Source: Acinetobacter wanghuae
GTDB lineage: Bacteria; Pseudomonadota; Gammaproteobacteria; Pseudomonadales; Moraxellaceae
Reading direction: 5' to 3'
DNA: 32,000 nucleotides
NCBI RefSeq assembly: GCF_009557235.1
Contig: NZ_CP045650.1
Location: 960,001-992,000, forward strand
The notes under the pieces were generated by a model. It was given only the letters and a program-made list of their open reading frames with translations. It searched no databases and was not told where the DNA came from. A program made the position numbers and the translations under genes. Shown here piece after piece: positions 29,329-32,000 of the stretch; within the stretch, counting starts at the first letter, position 1; each line of letters begins with the position of its first letter.

Positions 29329-29607
29329 ATGGCAAAACCACGTAAAAAACATACAGGATTTTTTCCTTGGAATGATCCAAAAGATCACGACAAAGGTTTT
29401 AAGCTCAATTTTTCTGAAGTGACTTATTTAGAAGTGGGAAGAACCGTTGAAGGGTATAAGCAAGCAGAGTTCGTGGCACTAAAAAATCCAGAATTAGCAC
29501 TTGATTATGACTACCCTAAAAGTTTTTATATCAGTGCTGAAGGCTTTATTCTAAGCAAAACTGCACATGGTACATTTGATGTCATTGCTAAAACAGATAA
29601 CGCTTAA
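29329..29607 (+). CDS. Hypothetical 92-aa protein
   Basis: ATG ORF with globular-looking composition, immediately upstream of ubiC on the same strand. No SD and no family recognised. Confidence 0.45.
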   Translation: MAKPRKKHTGFFPWNDPKDHDKGFKLNFSEVTYLEVGRTVEGYKQAEFVALKNPELALDYDYPKSFYISAEGFILSKTAHGTFDVIAKTDNA

Positions 29608-29631
29608 GCAGCTTTGGATATTGAAACCATC

Positions 29632-30105
29632 ATGTCTAAATCTAATCCAATCATGCCTGCTAAACTTAAACCATGGTTATACGCATCAGGTTCACTCACT
29701 CAGCAGTTGACTGAGCTTGCAGGTGGGCAGTTTCGCGTTCAGCCTGTTCAAGAGTCTTTTCAAAAGCTGTTGTTAAATGATGCCAAATGGATGCAGATGC
29801 CATTTCAGCATGGGGCTTGGGTGCGTGAAAGTTATCTGTATGGCTGTGAAGCAGCGCCATGGGTCAAAGCTAAAAGTATTTTCCCAGTTTTAAGCTTAAA
29901 AAAACGGGCGCGTATTTTTAAGCATATTGGGAGTAGACCTATTGGGTGGTATTTATTTCAGCGTACCAATCCAAAGTGCGAACGTCGCGTGATTTGGCTT
30001 GAAGAGGGTTGGACGCGTCAGAGCTGCTATACTTGGCACGGCTGCAAATTCATTGTCCAAGAGACATTTTTAGCTACATTTGAAGACTATATACAGAAAT
30101 CTTAA
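29632..30105 (+). CDS. ubiC: Chorismate pyruvate-lyase
   Basis: Pattern SLTQQL...WVRES.L.G...PWV.AKSIFP...IG..PIG.YLF...R...RQS...VQETFL matches E. coli UbiC topology, and position directly upstream of ubiA supports the call. Start is ATG 29632 or TTG 29614. Confidence 0.85.
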   Translation: MSKSNPIMPAKLKPWLYASGSLTQQLTELAGGQFRVQPVQESFQKLLLNDAKWMQMPFQHGAWVRESYLYGCEAAPWVKAKSIFPVLSLKKRARIFKHIGSRPIGWYLFQRTNPKCERRVIWLEEGWTRQSCYTWHGCKFIVQETFLATFEDYIQKS

Positions 30106-30117
30106 GGCTTAACTTTT

Positions 30118-31002
30118 ATGTCTACCGCACAGGCAACCACATGGCGCGAACGATTGAGCGCTTATTATTATTTATGTCGCTTTGATAAACCCATCGGCAC
30201 AGAATTAGTATTTTGGCCTACTATGTGGGCATTATGGGTTGCTAATCAAGGTACACCAAGCTTCGAAATTTTAATTCCCATGATTTTAGGCACGATTTTT
30301 ATGCGCGCTGCGGGCTGTGCCATTAATGATTTTGCTGATCGTAAAGTTGATGGGGCGGTAGAACGCACGAAAACGCGTCCTCTAGCAACGGGTGTGATCA
30401 AAGCGCGTGAAGCTATTTATGTGTTTTTGGCATTGGTGTTTGCTAGTGCTTGTATGCTCTTTTTCTTGCCGATTGAAACCTTTTATTGGTCATTTGGTGC
30501 ATTGTTTTTAGCCTTTATTTACCCATTTATGAAGCGCTACACGCATTTGCCGCAAGTGTTTTTGGGGGCGGCATTTTCATGGTCAATTCCGATGGCATAT
30601 ACCGCAGTAGGTGTTGAGCCTAATCTCACCTGTTGGCTTTTATACTTCGGTAACTTAGCATGGACAGTGGCGTATGACACGCAATATGCCATTACCGATC
30701 GTGAATATGATTTAAAAATTGGTGTGAAATCGACCGCCATACTCTTTGGTAAGTTTGATATTCAAATCATTTCATTGCTGCAATTGCTCAGTATTGTTTT
30801 GATTGGTACCGCGTTAGCAATTGAAGATTTATTGATGCCTTTTGGCTTAATTGCCTTGGCTGCAGTAGGGGTTGATTTCATCTATCAGTGGACAAAAACC
30901 AAGGATCGAAATCCACAATTATGTTTTTGGGCATTTCGACATAATCGTTGGGTGGGTTTGATGATCTTTGTAGGGATTCTTGCAGCCTTATTAATAAATT
31001 AA
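30118..31002 (+). CDS. ubiA: 4-hydroxybenzoate polyprenyltransferase
   Basis: [34 protein letters not shown] and [22 protein letters not shown] (UbiA Asp-rich motifs). About 8-9 TM segments. Confidence 0.96.
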   Translation: MSTAQATTWRERLSAYYYLCRFDKPIGTELVFWPTMWALWVANQGTPSFEILIPMILGTIFMRAAGCAINDFADRKVDGAVERTKTRPLATGVIKAREAIYVFLALVFASACMLFFLPIETFYWSFGALFLAFIYPFMKRYTHLPQVFLGAAFSWSIPMAYTAVGVEPNLTCWLLYFGNLAWTVAYDTQYAITDREYDLKIGVKSTAILFGKFDIQIISLLQLLSIVLIGTALAIEDLLMPFGLIALAAVGVDFIYQWTKTKDRNPQLCFWAFRHNRWVGLMIFVGILAALLIN

Positions 31003-31021
31003 TAGCCAATACAATGAATTA

Positions 31022-31051
31022 CAAAAAGCACCTTAATGAGGTGCTTTTTTT
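31022..31051 (+). terminator. Rho-independent terminator after ubiA
   Basis: aaaagcacc-ttaatg-aggtgcttttttt. Confidence 0.88.
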
Positions 31052-31109
31052 ATGTTTAATTAAATGAATCTCTTGATGAGAGAAAGTAATAACAATAAGG
31101 AAATACAAA

Positions 31110-32000
31110 ATGAAGCAGAATATAAAAAATATAGCGTTAACGGTTTTATGTGGCTCACTGCTACTAAGTGGTTGTGGTAGTGATGATAATGATACGGTCA
31201 TTATTGAAACGGGACCTGTGAAAACCTTCAACGTTGATGGGGATGTAGCTAAAGTCGTCAATAAGCATGATGTATTCACTTATCCAATGATGAGCGTGAC
31301 GGGTAAAATGGTGACAGCCACGACTCTAGTCTTTACGCCTAAAGGGAATGCACCTCAAGGGGGCTGGCCAATTGTGGTATGGGCGCATGGAACGACAGGT
31401 GCTGCTGATAAATGTGCACCATCACGTTTAGCATTAGCATCGCCTGAAAAACAACTGATTATGGGATTGGTGCAAAAAGGTTATGCTGTGATTGCACCTG
31501 ATTACGAGGGGCTTGGGAATGACAATGTGCCACATCCATATTTACATTTAACAAGTGCAGCAAATTCAATTTTATCGGCTATTCATGAAGCACGTAAATT
31601 TTATGGCGATGAATTGGGTCGTGAGTGGAGCGTCATTGGTTGGTCACAAGGAGGGCATGCAGCATTAGCGGCAGCTGAATACCAAAAGGCTTTATTAGGT
31701 TATAAGTTCAAGGGAACTGTTGCAATTGCACCTGCTTCTTATTTGGCAGAAACTTTGAATTATGGCATGGGTGTCGCGAATCAATATGCAGGATCTGTGC
31801 AAACTTTACCTGTAGCAAAACAGATTGCGGGAACATTATATGGTTATGCAGCTATTGTGAGTTCAGGTATTAAAGCGGCAAATCCCACATTTAATTATAA
31901 TCAAGCGTTTTTGGCAGATAAGGTCGATATTGCGAAAAATGCCGAATTAGAGTGCTCACCACAGGTGGCTGAGAAATTTAGAGATGATATCGATCTTTTC
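31110..32000 (+). CDS. Lipoprotein, secretory-lipase (LIP) family alpha/beta hydrolase; N-terminal 297 aa, continues beyond the window end
   Basis: Not in the supplied track because it is edge-truncated. AAGGA SD 8 nt before the ATG. MKQNIKNIALTVLCGSLLLSGC lipobox. PIVVWAHGTTGAADKCAPS and GWSQGG (GxSxG nucleophile elbow) from hand translation. The frame is open to position 32000. Confidence 0.8.
   Translation, partial: MKQNIKNIALTVLCGSLLLSGCGSDDNDTVIIETGPVKTFNVDGDVAKVVNKHDVFTYPMMSVTGKMVTATTLVFTPKGNAPQGGWPIVVWAHGTTGAADKCAPSRLALASPEKQLIMGLVQKGYAVIAPDYEGLGNDNVPHPYLHLTSAANSILSAIHEARKFYGDELGREWSVIGWSQGGHAALAAAEYQKALLGYKFKGTVAIAPASYLAETLNYGMGVANQYAGSVQTLPVAKQIAGTLYGYAAIVSSGIKAANPTFNYNQAFLADKVDIAKNAELECSPQVAEKFRDDIDLF

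Noticed and set aside
31019-31279. 86-aa minus-strand ORF overlapping the ubiA terminator and the lipase lipoprotein start.
   Set aside because: It is antisense to a gene with SD, lipobox and LIP-family motifs, and it spans a terminator.

Overview
This window looks like a syntenic, housekeeping stretch of an AT-rich gammaproteobacterial chromosome. It is most likely Acinetobacter (Moraxellaceae), judged from the trpGDC arrangement, protein similarities and base composition assessed by eye. I support 27 protein-coding genes, two of them truncated at the window edges and absent from the ORF track, plus five tRNA genes. Left to right the genes are: a partial heme-oxygenase-like di-iron protein; 3x tRNA-Glu; a LysP-like permease; a fourth tRNA-Glu; a paralogous permease; pyrC-rnt; a membrane GGDEF protein; argG; a small membrane protein; fadH; tRNA-Ser; pirin; an L,D-transpeptidase; hemE; a multipass membrane protein; a secreted DUF3015-like protein; a DUF4105/beta-barrel-like protein; a DosC-like globin-coupled diguanylate cyclase; a DUF4385-like protein; a histone-H1-like polylysine protein; folE; an Smr protein; trpGDC; glnA with a clear NtrC/sigma54 control region; a 92-aa orphan; ubiCA; and a partial lipase lipoprotein. 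Most genes are bracketed by recognisable rho-independent terminators. I see no IS elements, integrases, prophage genes, CRISPR arrays, toxin-antitoxin pairs or known defence genes. I therefore cannot honestly claim a clear novel system. The best candidates for under-described biology, in order: (1) the DUF3015-like / DUF4105-barrel envelope gene pair at 17.5-20.0 kb. (2) The duplicated [tRNA-Glu promoter + tRNA-Glu + LysP-like permease] module at 1.0-4.9 kb. (3) The ten-amino-acid-alphabet polylysine protein at 22.2-22.7 kb. (4) The orphan DosC-like oxygen-sensor cyclase. All family assignments come from motif recognition by eye and need HMM or BLAST confirmation.
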